Shown: in pieces, positions 22,988-35,959 of the stretch | How positions within the stretch are numbered: position 1 is the stretch's first letter | Layout of the letters: each line of letters begins with the position of its first letter | Assembly: GCA_964199315.1 (NCBI GenBank) | Contig: OZ116706.1 | Coordinates: 13,578,001 to 13,642,000, forward strand | Direction of reading: 5' to 3' | Origin: Orbicella franksi | Lineage: Eukaryota | DNA: 64,000 nucleotides | Made by a program: the position numbers and the translations under genes | The notes under the pieces: model-generated | Database searches by the model: none | What the model saw: only the letters and a program-made list of their open reading frames with translations | What the model was told of the DNA's origin: nothing

Positions 22988-23869
22988 ATGCCAGAGACAG
23001 AACCGTCGACGAGTGCCCCACGTGCGCTTACATTTACGTCGAATTTCCCGATTCCTTCGCCGATGAACGTCAAGGGCGATGCAGTGAACAATTGGGAATT
23101 CTTTCGGCAACAGTGGACAGACTACGAAGTCGCCACAAGCCTCGACAAGCAAGAACAGAAGATTCGTCTGGCTACATTTCATTCCGTAATGGGCAAGGAA
23201 TGTTTGCAGATATTTCTAAACCTGAAACTCAGCCCCGAGGAGCGAGACGACATAAGCGAATGCATTAAGGCGTTAGAGTCGTATTTCAAACCGAAGAGAA
23301 ATGTAGTCTACGAGCGCTACCAATTCAACATGTGCACACAGAACCTCGAAGAGCCCGTGGATAGTTTCATTAACCGATTGCGAAAGGCTGCATCCACGTG
23401 TGAATTCGGAATGCTGACAGACGAGCTGATCACAGACAGATTGGTTATTGGGCTACAGGATCATTCAACAAAACTGCGTCTCCTGAAAGAAGAAACTCTA
23501 GATCTCAACAAGGCCCTCAACATTTGTAGGTCAAGCGAAGCTGCAAGCCACCAGCTAAAAGCCATGAAGATAGACGAAAAAAAAGCCACAGAGGAGGTCC
23601 GTGTTGTTCGAGAACGCAATTCACGTGATCACAAGAAACGTGATCCCAAGAAACGTGATCCCAAGAAACGTCAAGATCAAGCGCCAATGCGAAAAGAGTG
23701 GCAGTGCTTTAATTGTGGAGGAAAACAGAGACACAACCTCGAAAATTGTCCGGCTTACGGCCATGAATGCAAAGCATGCAAGAAGCCCAACCACTTCGCG
23801 TCAGTATCCAGATCAGCTCCTAGACGACAAGTTAAACAAATAGCCGAGGAAACCGATGACGAACAGTAA
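22988..23869 (+). CDS. Gypsy gag with CCHC knuckle
   Basis: MPETEP...WEFFRQQW...YFKPKRNVVYERYQF...CFNCGGKQRHNLENC...CKACKKPNHF. A 15-bp KKRDP tandem repeat lies at 23623-23671. Confidence 0.9.
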   Translation: MPETEPSTSAPRALTFTSNFPIPSPMNVKGDAVNNWEFFRQQWTDYEVATSLDKQEQKIRLATFHSVMGKECLQIFLNLKLSPEERDDISECIKALESYFKPKRNVVYERYQFNMCTQNLEEPVDSFINRLRKAASTCEFGMLTDELITDRLVIGLQDHSTKLRLLKEETLDLNKALNICRSSEAASHQLKAMKIDEKKATEEVRVVRERNSRDHKKRDPKKRDPKKRQDQAPMRKEWQCFNCGGKQRHNLENCPAYGHECKACKKPNHFASVSRSAPRRQVKQIAEETDDEQ

Positions 23870-26800
23870 ACAGACTCCGATGAATTCTTCTACCAAGTCG
23901 AAGAAGTTTCGTCAGTGCAAGTCAAAGGGAAACAGCTCTTCGCCTCGCTCGAATTCTACGACGCTAACGCTCGTTACAAGACAAAATTGGATTGTCAGTT
24001 GGACACAGGAGCGACGTGCAATGTTCTAACTCATCACGACCTGTCAGTCATCAGCCAGAACGGAAATCCGGCTCTCCAAACAAGCAAGGTCACACTCCGT
24101 TTGTTTAATGGCTTGGTGATGAAACCACTTGGAGAAGTGAAACTCAACGTTCTCAAAGAAAACAAGCAACGGCACGAGCTCAAGTTTCAAGTTGTAGAAG
24201 GAAACAGCAAGCCGTTATTGTCCGCAGAAACTTGTGAAATGCTAGGACTACTAAAAATAAACTGTGAGCCGACAACGTTAGTTAACACTATTCAAGAAAC
24301 CAAACCACTGCTCACCAAAGAAAAGGTCCTCACTGACTTTAGACGTGTTTGAAGGCCTCGGACACATTGGCAAAGCAAGTTTCACAGTTGACCCAGAAGT
24401 CACGCCAGTGCATCACGCACCCAGACGCATTGCAGTCATGCTACACAAAGAAGTCAAAGCAAAACTAGAAGAGCTTGAGAAGAAGAACATCCTAGTAAAG
24501 GAAACTGAACCCACTGATTGGATCAGCAGTATGGTCGTCGTTGCCAAGCCTGGCAAAATCAGAATATGTCTAGATCCCAAGGACCTTAACGGAGCAGTAA
24601 AACGGCCAAAATACCAGATGCCAACCTTAGAAGAAGTCCTTCGACAGCTAAGCAACGCCAAAGTCTTCACAAGGCTAGATGCAAAGGATGGATTTTACCA
24701 GATTAGTTTGGACGAAACAAGCAGCAAAATGACCACCTTTTGGACGCCCATGGGCCGGTACCGCTACCTCCGCATGCCGTTTGGCGTCTGTGCCGCACCG
24801 GAGGAATTTGAATGCAAACTACATGAGCACCTTGGTGACTTGGAGGGCGTAGAAGTGCTACGAGACGACATTCTGGTGATAGGGTCTGGTGATACTCTGG
24901 AGGAAGCCAATGCAGACCACGACAAAAACTTGCCTCAACTTCTGAAAAGAGCACGCAAGGTTAATCTGAAGTTTAACAGCAAGAAGCTGAACCTCCGAAA
25001 GCCAGAAGTCAAGTACATGGGTCATGTCCTCTCCAGGGAAGGGCTCAAACCAGACCCAGATAAAGTGCAAGCTGTCAGCGAAATGCCCAAGCCCACCTGC
25101 AAACAGGAAACACTCAGTCTTCTTGGCTTTGTAAACTATCTCGCCAAGTTCCTTCCCCGGTTGTCAGAGATTGCCCAACCAATACGAGAACTGACCAAGA
25201 AGGATGCGAGGTTCATTTGGTCCAGACAGCACGATGAAGCCTTTGAGCAGATCAGACAACTAGTGACAAGCCACCCAGTGCTCAAGTACTACGACATGAA
25301 TGCCGAGGTAACCCTACAGTGTGATGCCAGCGAGAAGGGCCTCGGAGCTACATTGTTGCAAAACGGACAACCAGTTGCGTTTGCCTCCAGAACACTCTCA
25401 CAAGTAGAGCAACGGTATGCCCAGATAGAAAAGGAGTGCCTGGCCATCGTCTTTGGCTGTTCCAAATTCAGCCAGTACATGACAAGAAGAGGGAAAATCA
25501 CTGTTGAGACTGACCACAAGCCGCTACAACCCATCTTTAAGAAGTCTCTCCTAGCAGCCCCAAGCAGACTACAGAGAATGCTCCTGCGACTTCAAAGGTA
25601 CAACTTAGAAGTGACGTACAAACCAGGATCCCAAATGTATGTAGCAGACCACCTGTCAAGAGCTTATCTCAAGAATCAAGACGATCAGCCTCACGACGAC
25701 TTTCAGGTGTTTGCTCTAGAACTTGAAGAAATTAACCCATTGGATACAGTCAAGATCACCAGTGAAAGACTAGCACAACTCCAAAAAGCCACAGAACACG
25801 ATCCTGTAATGCAGACACTCAAGAGCACCATACTCGTGGGATGGCCTGACACAAGAGAACAAGTTCCTATATCCATCCGAGAGTACTGGAATTTCAGAGA
25901 AGATCTCACACTGCACAATGGCATACTCTTTAAAAGCCAGCGTATTATCATTCCTCGTGCGCTGAGAACTGAGGTGATATCACGGCTACACGCCAGTCAT
26001 CTTGGAATAGAAGCATGCCTGAGAAAAGCAAGAGATCGAGTCTACTGGCCAGCCATGAACAGTGACATCAAAGAAGCAGTAGCGAAGTGTGACGTGTGTG
26101 CCGAGTATCAAGCGAGTAACCCTCAACAGCCACTGCAGACTCACAAGATTCCAGACAGGCCTTGGAGTCGACTAGCCGCAGATTTGTTTACGCTTCACTC
26201 TAAGGACTATATAGTCCTTGTAGATTATTACTCCGACTTTGTCGAAGTCAGCCCTCTCAAGCAGACCACCTCGTCAGCCATAATCAAGTTCATGAGAGTA
26301 CAGTTCAGTTGATACGGTATTCCGGATATCTTGGTTTCCGACAATGGACCACAGTTCGCCAGTAGAGAGTTTGCCGAGTTTGCAAAACAGTGGGAGTTTC
26401 AACATGTCACCTCATCTCCTTACCACCCAAAGTCCAACGGAAAGGCAGAATCAGCAGTCAAAGCTGTCAAAAGTCTCTTCAAGAAGGCCCTGAAAGATGA
26501 CAAAGACCCCTGGCTAAGTTTGTTGTCCTACAGAAATACCCCTACAGCTGAAATACAGTCAAGCCCAGTCCAGCGGCTGATGTCAAGAAGAACAAAGACA
26601 CTAGTTCCCATAGCAACCAACCTGCTGTATCCTGAAGTCCCTGAAGGAGTGCCAGACAAAATCCAGCAGAAACGTCAGAAAGCCAAGAGCTACCATGATA
26701 GAAATGTCAAAGTGTTACCAGACCTCGACATTGGTCAGGAGGTACGCATTGCTCCACTCCACAGAGGCAAGTCTTGGGAAGCGGGAACCTGTCTACAGAA

Positions 26801-27038
26801 GCTTTCTGATAGATCCTACCTGGTAGAAGCCAACGGAGAAGTGTTGCAGCGTAATAGACAAGCAATCAAGCCAACTCCAGAAGCACTACCAGCATCAGAG
26901 GATGACCCCGAAACAGCCCTGTCACCGTCCACAGACTCTCTGTCCAGCACAGCCGGTCCTGTGCCCAGTCCACCAGCACTAAGATCGAGTTCTAGGACTA
27001 TCAAACCACCCGTGAGATTCCAGGACTATGTGTGTTAA
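23870..27038 (+). pseudogene. Gypsy pol (protease-RT-RNaseH-integrase) with one frameshift and one nonsense codon
   Basis: LDTGATCN, LDAKDGFYQ, MPFG, LRDD, QCDAS, HASHLG...CDVC, SDNGPQF, SNGKAESAV. Frameshift at about 24345 and TGA at 26310-26312. Confidence 0.93.
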
Positions 27039-27555
27039 GGACATGGACCATAGTTCTCATACCTTTATAGTACAGTTACAGTTTCAGAACAATGAACAAT
27101 AAGATGCTATTAGAGAGAAAGTTTAGTTTTTTATGCGTTGATAAAAGGGGAGATGTTACAATATACGCCTCTTCCGGTTGATTGTTATTCGTAGTGATTG
27201 TGCAATGACGATATATCGAGTTACGTGTGATCCGAATAAAGTTCTCATGTCATCCTGCACATGGTCGTGTACACAACTTGATACAGTAAGTAATTGTATT
27301 TTATTGTACCGTTAAAAAAAATAAAATGTCAAAAAAAAAGAAGAGATTGAAATCAAACATAGCATGGGGCATACTTGAGCCAGGAGAGCTGTTAACAATG
27401 TTATGAACACAGTGCCTGAATCTCATTTCAAATCTTTTAAAGATTTCATCACTGAGGCAACAGAACGCAAGTGACTGACAGTACCAATAGTTGATGACTT
27501 TACATCCATTCACGCAAAAAAAGGCCTCAGAAAGATCAATCCTCCAAGGCAAAGA

Positions 27556-28467
27556 CAGGGTCCAAAATTAACGGTCGTCCAGTCATCAGAGACAACCAGA
27601 ATTTAACACTGACGACCAAATCGCAGAACATGGTTGCCCATTGGATGACCATAATTCAAGTTCCCAGCCTCTTGAAGATGTACACAGTTGCTAAGGACCT
27701 TAAAATTTATAATCTTAGGTCGAAATTTCTGTATGAGAAATGGAACAATAAAATAGCCAGTCCATTTGTTACGATTCGCACACGAACGTTCGTTTACTCC
27801 GCCATCTTGTTTTGCATTTTACCGCTGAGCAGTAATGACCCAAACTCTTAGAAACTCGCAGATGTACATGCCATGTGCTTCTCTCAAAATGGCAGACTCT
27901 GTGGATTCAGTGAAGCAAAACACTTTGTTCCAGTATTTTAACACCTTCGAGAAAACAAAGGGTGATGATGATAGAAAACGAAAAGATGCACCAAAAGATT
28001 CGGAAGGCCAAGGAGAAACTGGATCAGAAAGCAAGAAAACCCGAACAGAAGCCTCCAGGCCTCAAAACTCACGGCTTCGAAAATTTCAGCCGCAGTGGAA
28101 AGCTGGTCGGCCGTGGCTCCAGTATTTCGAAAATACAAATTCTATGACTTGTTCATACTGTATACACTACAACACTGGAGGGCAAGAAGAGTGTAGTCAA
28201 AGTGCATTGGCTTCAAAGGAGAAGTGTACAACATTTCGACTTGAAACACTAAGAAAACATGAAGAAAGTGCAGTGCACAAGTTAGCGGTCAAAGAAAATA
28301 TTTTTCGGAATCAAAAACCAGAGGAATGGCCAATGGAATCTTGAATATATTAAGTTATGGCATGCCTCCTTTTATTGCTTGACGACTAGATTTCATCTCG
28401 GACATCCAGATCTGAAAAGATGGTTGTCCAATGAGCAACCTACTTCAAAAGTTAATTTCGGACCCTG
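27556..28467 (+). mobile_element. Internally deleted hAT element with 5-bp TSD
   Basis: TIR CAGGGTCCAAAATTAAC / CAGGGTCCGAAATTAAC (16 of 17) and AAAGA on both flanks (27551-27555, 28468-28472). Confidence 0.88.
27889..28344 (+). pseudogene. hAT transposase N-terminal fragment with TTF-type zinc finger
   Basis: RKFQPQWKAGRPWLQY...MTCSYC...FRLETLRKHEESAVH, truncated before the catalytic core. Confidence 0.75.
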
Positions 28468-29958
28468 AAAGACCATGTGTACTATAGTTGTTAAAGCTTG
28501 CAAGCAGTTCCCAGCAATAACAGTGGAACAAGCTATTCACATACATGACCAAAATGGTATAGATATTGAATCACGCCAACGATTGATTACATCTGCGCCA
28601 TGCATGCATGCATGATATCAGTAGCAGTTAGGTCTCAGTGTGATGCCTAACTGGCTTATACAATCATTTTTACCTCATGGTATGTACTTCATACCATGAG
28701 GTATAGTGATGGTTGGATTTGTCACTACATTCCCGTTAGAGAATTAATTTATGCATTAAATCGGCATTAAACATGAATTAAACACGTTTCCCCCTGTCCC
28801 CCATACTAGGTTTGGTTTTGTCACAAAGTCGTGTCATTATTTTATGTTCATATACGTGGGGGGAGGGGGTGGGACAAAGGTGGCAGTACATGTTTACAAA
28901 ATGGCGTCTCTTGTGTCGAGCCCGACGCAAAAATTGTCAAGGCGAGTTTTCTTTCCTTTCGCTCCATCTTTCATCAAAGTACACTTTTGAAGACCTCACA
29001 AACAAACAGGAAATGTGCTCAAGAAAGCTCGAGTGGAAAGAAATGGGTTTTAAAGTCTTAAAAGTTACGATGTCTCCAAGATACATTTGGATGACGAGGA
29101 ATAGAATGCACAAAACAAACTATTCGAAATGAATGCTTTATGGTCTGGGGAAAAAGGTAAGCTGCCCTCCTTCTACTGTATTGCATTTTGAATTTTCTAA
29201 AAATACTGGCAGGACGTATGATTTAAAATTAAATGCGCTTTTAATATTTTGCAATTCGCTGGAAGCTGATCAGAAAATGTCACATGACAAAGGAGATCGA
29301 TGAAGCTTTTGTCAAGTTCCCCTCTCGCTGGGACTTAAATGCCACAACTGTGACAAGCTATAGAGATTGAACACAACTGCCAAACAAATGCTAAATACAA
29401 TATACACCAAATAACAAATACCATAACAAATACAAAATATCAAACAACAAATAAATGCCAAACAGATGATCTGTTACCTGCTGAATACCACCTGAAAGAC
29501 ACCAAGGTCAGGAGCAATTGATTATCGAAGGTAATCCTACAATACCCAAGCAGTTTGAAAATCAAAATAAAATACCAGTTCAGTTGTCAAGTAATTGTCA
29601 GTACAGAAATGCAGATAAAAATGTGAATGTATGGAATTCTGAGCTACCATTGTCTCCCATCCTCAGTTTAGAATGACACGTGAAAGAGAACCCTCCATAA
29701 TTTCTTACAAAATGGTTACCAGACTTTCTAATGGCAAAAAAAAAAATTAAAAATTAAAAAAAATGTCGGTGAAATTATACATTAGAAATTAATGTCACGA
29801 AATCCTCCAAGCTGAAGGCTATGTTGTGTGGATACCATGGTTGTCATTTCTTAGAGTGATATAGAGGTTTAAAATTCATGATTTTCTCAAAGAAGTATTT
29901 CATTAGACAAAGTTTAAGTTTGTGTATTTTTTGAACAAGGACTCCAAAGCATAAAAAC

Positions 29959-31620
29959 TTGCCTCTGTTTTGTATGATAGCTGAAGGTAATATTTTCAGA
30001 AAATTAAGGCAGCTCCAAATGAAAATGTATCATTTTTTGAGCAGAATCATATCATTGAGTGGAGATATGGAGTCAAATCCTGGTCCTGCAAATGAGTACC
30101 GGTATTGCATATCAGTACCTTTTATATCACCCACAAATTCTGTCTGTTTATTAGAATTCAGATTGTCTCAGTTAGGCAGAACTGCACTTGATGTTGAAGG
30201 AGGTGGTGATTGCTTTTTTAGGGCTGTATCACATTAACTCTATGGAAATCCTAATAGTCATTTCTATGTGCGCAGTGTTGGCATTCAGTGTTTAGTGAAT
30301 CACCCTGAACAATTTTATAGAGAGTAAAACTGAGCATTCTTGGCAAGGTTATTTGGAAAGAAAGTCATGTCAAGGAACATGGGCTGATGCTATCATAATT
30401 CAAGCTGTTGCCAATTGTCTTAATTTATCAATTCATATTGCTGAATCAAATCCAACTTTTTCTCCAGTTACTGTTGTTGAACCAGTGAATGTTACAAATG
30501 CCCTAAACATTTACATTGGACACCTAGATGAATTTCATTATGTTTCCATAGTAGAAAACAGAACAATGGAGATAAGTGACAACAGCAAACAAACAAAGAA
30601 ATGCAAATGAAAACAAACCAGTTAATAACAGTGAAAAATGTAAAGCTTACAGAAGAAAATACATGATAGAATACATGAAAGACAGAGAAGCTGATGATAA
30701 GTTTAGAATAAATGAGAATCAAAAACGAGTACAAGGCTGCAACATTAATAGCAAAACATCTAGGAACAAGAAACACCAGGCTGCTAAAAGAACAAAATTG
30801 AACCCAGAACATGTCAGAGAAATTGAGCAGCGCTCCTTCAGAAAACGAAAATCAGATATCCCATAGCACATAAATCAAATAACCAAACAGTTGGTAAGAA
30901 AAAGACAAAAGGCTGAGGTTCTGGCAGTTGTATCACTACTAACATGTAGCAGTCATGAGTTGCAGCCACAAGAAAACAAGTACGATGCAATTTCTATGAT
31001 AAATTTGTTTTACAAAAAACATTGCATGTGGCCCAGAATATGTATGCACTTGTTGTGACCAATTGTGGTTCAAGTGCTCTGTGGTGAAATGTGATCCCAA
31101 CAAATATAGGGCATGTTCACTAGACATTGTTGAGTCCTGTCTTATTGGTTTTTAAAGTGTCAATGACACTGAATGGATCTGCAGGACTTGCAATAAAAAA
31201 AAAGTATTAAAAAAGTCTGAAAAGGCAATTGTCTAACTTGCAATACAAAAGGTCTAAAACAAGGCAGGTTACCCATCTGTTCTAAAGCCAATAAGATGGG
31301 TTTTCCTTGTAAGCCTAATGTATTGAATTTCACATCACTAGAAGAGTGACTAATATCACCTCGTATACCTTTTATGCAACTCCGTGAACTATCTAGGGTT
31401 GGTCAATTGTCTATTCATGGAAACATTGTCAATGTGCCAAGTGATGTAAATTCGACTGTTCATTGTCTCCCAAGGCCAAGAAGCAAATCACAGACCATTC
31501 CAATAAAACTTAAAAGGCGACTTGGTTACAAGCATCACTATCAGTTTCAGATTGTCAGACCTAAGAAAGTATTAGATGCAGCCAAATATCTTGTAGACAC
31601 TAGTGAATTACAGTATTTAA
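29959..31620 (+). pseudogene. Helitron/Helentron-type Rep-helicase N-terminal relic with 2A-like motif and OTU protease domain
   Basis: LSGDMESNPGP, OTU motifs (GGGDCFFRAVSH...GTWAD...HYVS), Cys-rich YVCTCCDQLWF and EWICRTC, then ISPRIPFMQLREL...GQLSIHGNIVNVPSDV...IPIKLKRRL...VRPKKVLDAAKYL. Confidence 0.78.
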
Positions 31621-32329
31621 AACTGAAGGCATAAAAGTGCAAAATGCATGGCTAGATGGCATAACTTCACAACCCATGAAGAGTGGGGTGAGTTTGTTCA
31701 AAACCCTAACACATCCAGTGCTGATGTGCAAACTAATGAAATCTTCACAAATTGTCAAAACAGTATTTGCACTGCTGATGTTCATAATCCAGACAGAGAA
31801 AAAGACACTAAAAGGATTACCAGTGTTTCCTGTCAAAATGTTATATATATTAGATGAAGACCTTATTTCTATAAACATGTTCAACTAATGGCTGCTTATT
31901 AACATGATGCACTTTTCAACTTAACACCTTACAAATGCAACACTTCTTAGTTCCAAAAGAGGCAAAGGACAGTACTTCATAGAATAATTACCACATACCA
32001 TGAGGTAGCTCGAAGGAGCCTTTGATTTAATTCTGAACTTGGGAGACAGAGAATCAAGATTTATCAATACTGCAACAATGACAATGTTTGAAGAATGTGG
32101 AAAATGGATGATTTACATCTGTTAGATTTAAAGAGATCAGGCTGAAGTCAAAGGCAGCCTTTCATGCTGCAAATGATGTGGTAATGAGCACTGGTTTAGC
32201 TGCCTACATGAAGACATTTCTTGTTTTTCAGCCAGGGGATTGGCCTTGCCAATTCTACAGTAGGCAAATCATATATGAGTATCTAAAGAAACAAACAAAC
32301 AATCCTTTAACGATATTCTGTCATGCCAC

Positions 32330-33060
32330 CACGATTTCAATCCCTTTGCAAGCCAATTCAATTATCAGATCAGTAGTTATTGTCCATGGCACAGAGACCC
32401 AAACAGTGCACATGTAGATGCTTTCACTATGAACTGGAGTAGTCTTTACTCTTCAATTCAATACCTTTCCACCTTGTAGCCTTCTTCCAAGATGCCTAAA
32501 AAATCAGCGAAGAATGAGCAGAGTGTACTGATTGTGCCACTTTTGGCCAACCTAGACGTGCCTCCCACTTCTTCTACAACACCTCTACAGCCTGCCTTGG
32601 ATTCTGCGTCCCCACCCAGAACTTCTAAGGCACCCCCATCCAAAAGCAAGCCACACCACCCCCACACAGAAAACTCCACCTGCTGGCATGATCTGTGTCA
32701 GGGAATCCTTCACACACTACCAACTTTCACAAAAACTTACTGAAGTTATCATACCATCTTGGAGGAGAGGCTCTAAAAAACAATATGCCGCATACCTCAC
32801 TAAATGGTTGGCATTTTGTAGTGAGAGGAAGATTGGCAGTTATTTCCCACAGTTATGCGAAACTCTCTAATTTCTCATGCAGCTATTTAACCAACAGCTC
32901 AGTTATTCTACCCTCAATACTGCATGGTCTGCTTTGTCTACACTCATTATAATGGATGTGGAGAAACCTTTGGCAGTAATCAGATTGTAGCATGTTTTAT
33001 GAAAGGTGTCTTTGAATCGTGTCAACCTACACTCAAATATATTACTATTTGTGTCACTGA
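32330..33060 (+). pseudogene. DIRS-like relic (region upstream of the tyrosine recombinase plus its SAM-like N-terminus)
   Basis: WHRDPNSAHVDAFTMNW, VLIVPL, SWRRGSKKQYAAYLTKWLAFC, LSYSTLNTAWSALS. Confidence 0.7.
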
Positions 33061-33279
33061 GTTACCCAACCTTTCTGGTTGTTGATTTGTGGGTGTTAAC
33101 ATTTTCATGTACTTTGTACCTCTGAATGCAGTACTACTGATGCAGCCATTGCATGACTTTTAAGAATGACTTGTGCAAGTGCTGTGCTATCTCATGTGAT
33201 CCCTTACAAACTGTCATATGATGGAATCTCAATCAAACTTCAACTTCCAGTAAGTCTCGTTTCATATTCCAATCAGTCT

Positions 33280-33600
33280 ACAAAACTAATCATAGTAGTT
33301 TCTACAGAGTCAACAAAATATGGATCTGGAGAAATCTGCATCAAAAAGAAAGAAGCAGTGAAAAGAGACCTTGAAGAAATCCACTGCACTGCAGAGATGA
33401 GCTTGTGGTCATTTTTACAATGCTTGCCGTGAAGAGATCGGTCTAAAAAACTGATCACAGAAGTTCATATAGGGTCAACAAAACATGCATCTGAAGAAAT
33501 CCAGATCAAAAAGAAAGAACCAATGAAGAGGCCTTGCAGAAAGCCACTGCACTTCAGAAATGAGCTTGTGGTCTTTCTGTGGAAAATTCACCAGGAAAAG
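33280..33600. repeat. Diverged tandem duplication, unit about 166 bp, two copies
   Basis: GTCAACAAAA...GAAATC...ATCAAAAAGAAAGAA...CCACTGCAC...ATGAGCTTGTGGTC occurs at about 33307-33410 and again at 33472-33573. Confidence 0.75.
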
Positions 33601-34089
33601 GTTTGAAAGACCTTGTAAACTCCCAGGATCATACTTTTAATGAACATATGTGGACTACTTACTTTATTTATTTTGATGTTAATTATAATGGAGCATAACA
33701 CTGATGGTTTTTAGCATAACAGTGACATTTGTTAAGCAATGGAACTGTAAACAATGCTACTGCTTTTTTGGGTTGGCGTGAATGTTTGGAATACCATGCT
33801 GAAAAACAGTGCTGGTAATCAATTCAAGGTTAAGTCCAAGCTGAAAAACTAGAAGGCACCATAACCAGATCTCTACAGCAAGGAGGTCACTTCTGCAAGA
33901 AACAAAGTGACTATTATTGACTGCTCAGTTGTACCCAATAACTGCTTTTGTAAACCAAATGACTGTTGTTCAGTCTTTCCAAAAAACATTCTTCAAGCAG
34001 GAAAGGCCAAATTCTCTCACAGCTGGCTATCTACAGATCTCCGCTTCAATTAAACCACTGGACTGTCATGGCGAGTTTATGAAAAGAGA

Positions 34090-34570
34090 AACAAGGAGAT
34101 GTTTCCCCTTCTCTGTCGAAAGCACTGTCTTAAAGGCACCCATAGCAAATCCAATGTGTGGAACATAATTTTATTATCACCTTCAGTACAACTACATTGT
34201 AACGCAGTCCAAGATCATCTTACAAATTCGCAGCACAAAGATGCCATAAAACTTGAAATGATGCAGCCCATCTCAACACTTCAAACACATAAACTAAGGA
34301 ATGAGGTAAATGAAAGCATGCTAGAGAAGACCACTACCAATTATTGGTTATAGTAAAAGAAAATATTCCAAGTCTGAGATTAACTTCTTGAGACTAAGCA
34401 AACTCAAGTACTTTCAGCGCAGATCAATACAATTACTTTGAGAAATCTTTCACAATCTTGGAGACTCTATTAAAGAAATAATCCTTCAAAAGAAAAACAA
34501 ACAAAAACTTTTATTTCACCGCAAACAGCAAAGAGTTTTGGAATTCTTGCAGATGAGATGCTGACGTACT
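34090..34570 (+). pseudogene. ZNF862-like hAT transposase relic
   Basis: CRKHCLK...NVWN...AVQDHLTNSQHKDAI...VNESMLEK...YWL.KENI, then a later FGILADE-like segment. Confidence 0.55.
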
Positions 34571-35959
34571 GATATTATCGTTTTAGAGCAGTTGATTATT
34601 TCCATAAAATAACTTTGCCCAGATTAAGGCCAGACAAAAACCAGTGCCTTGATAGCCCTAGTGCAGCAAGCTCAGAGGTGGTCACTAAGCCAATTCTGGA
34701 AACAAATTTTGGATGTTTTGACTTAGAAGTCAAAAATCTTGTGTGCCAGTGTGTATGGTATACATGTAGCAGCTCTTGGTCAGAGCTTCTCCAACGTTGG
34801 ATGATCAATAAGAGAATACTTTACATTCTTCTTTATTGAATTATATACTTAGATTTTTTTCACATCAATTCTAGGTACTCTGGACTTGTTCTGTTCCTTC
34901 AGGTTCATGCCTTCAGTCTTAAGCTTCCTTTCCCTTCCCTCCACTACTAAACTCTTATTTTCGCGGTATTCCTGATATGTTTTTTATCAGTTATCATTAT
35001 TAGTCATTTAATTTCATTTACTATAACAAAGAGCACGTCTGATTATAAAATATGATTACGGGCATAAATCAAAGTCATTTCTTGTCACTTGATGAAAACT
35101 CACTTTTTGGAGTCATAGCAATGGCAAGGCTATAAGCGTGATCTCTAGAGTAAGTTAATTCCAAACCAAACCACTAATACTTTATTTATTATTAAAAAGG
35201 TAAAACCATGTACCAATTCTACTCAAATTTGTCCCACAAAGGTGGGACATATCTCTTATACTGTCATTCTTGGGAGGCATCCAGACTCACTTCATATATC
35301 GTTCATTATTCATGCAAGTATTCCTTGTAGTCTCACTCGTCACAAATAAATCAACATCTTTCTCAACCCATTTCTGGCATCTGCGGTACACCGACAAGCA
35401 CTAAACCCTAACCATTAAAACCCAAAATTACAACCAAATCATCATTCCGCAATATTTCACACTTTCAAGTAAAAGAAACACCAGTGTCGTGGCTACGTAG
35501 GTAACACAGTGGTGTAACAGTGATGTTGAACTTACACTCCATCTGCCACAGGTAGGCTCTTGCTTATGTAGATACAGTGAATTGTGTAAACTAGATCGCA
35601 GAAGTGGAACACACTCTCAAGGGCACTTGTCAGTGCTGACATCCTTCTCTATTTTCAGTTCAGTAGCTTTGCCAAAACCAAATTCACCTGAGTTCCAAGT
35701 AAATGAGAACAGAGATCAAACCTCGAAGAAAGAAGGGAAAGAGAAAGAATTAATGAAAACAAGGCTTGAAAAGCAGTGGACAAAATTCAAGTTTGACCTG
35801 GACTCATAGAAGTGTCCTGTCCTCCTCTGACATAGCGTTGTTCATACTGAATATACATAGGGTTGCTCCTACTTAGTATGAACAACCCTGTCTGATCCAG
35901 AGAATGCTATCGCCAGATTAAAACAATCCCACAATCCAAGGAAGTGTCTCCTTTAAATT

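Larger units (their letters stand above)
22745..27285 (+). mobile_element. Gypsy/Ty3 LTR retrotransposon 2 (young, full length)
   Basis: 132-bp LTRs (22745-22876, 27154-27285) differ at 1 position. GTAAG 5-bp TSD, PBS TGGTGTCAGAAGTGGGA (22877-22893), PPT AAAAGGGGAGA (27143-27153). Confidence 0.98.
11470..27339 (+). mobile_element. L1/Tx1-clade LINE ORF2 plus 3' UTR and poly(A), split by three large nested insertions
   Basis: The APE, RT and C-terminal CCHC segments rejoin in frame once the insertions are removed. The 3' UTR continues across the Gypsy TSD to AATAAA and an A-run at 27314-27339. Confidence 0.88.

Noticed and set aside
28500-29950. Coding potential in AT-rich stretches (also 45600-46500 and 56900-58200)
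   Set aside because: Only short low-complexity ORFs, with no motifs or splice-consistent structure that I could support.
35400-35430. Telomeric repeat (AACCCTAACC)
   Set aside because: Fewer than two full units; not an array.
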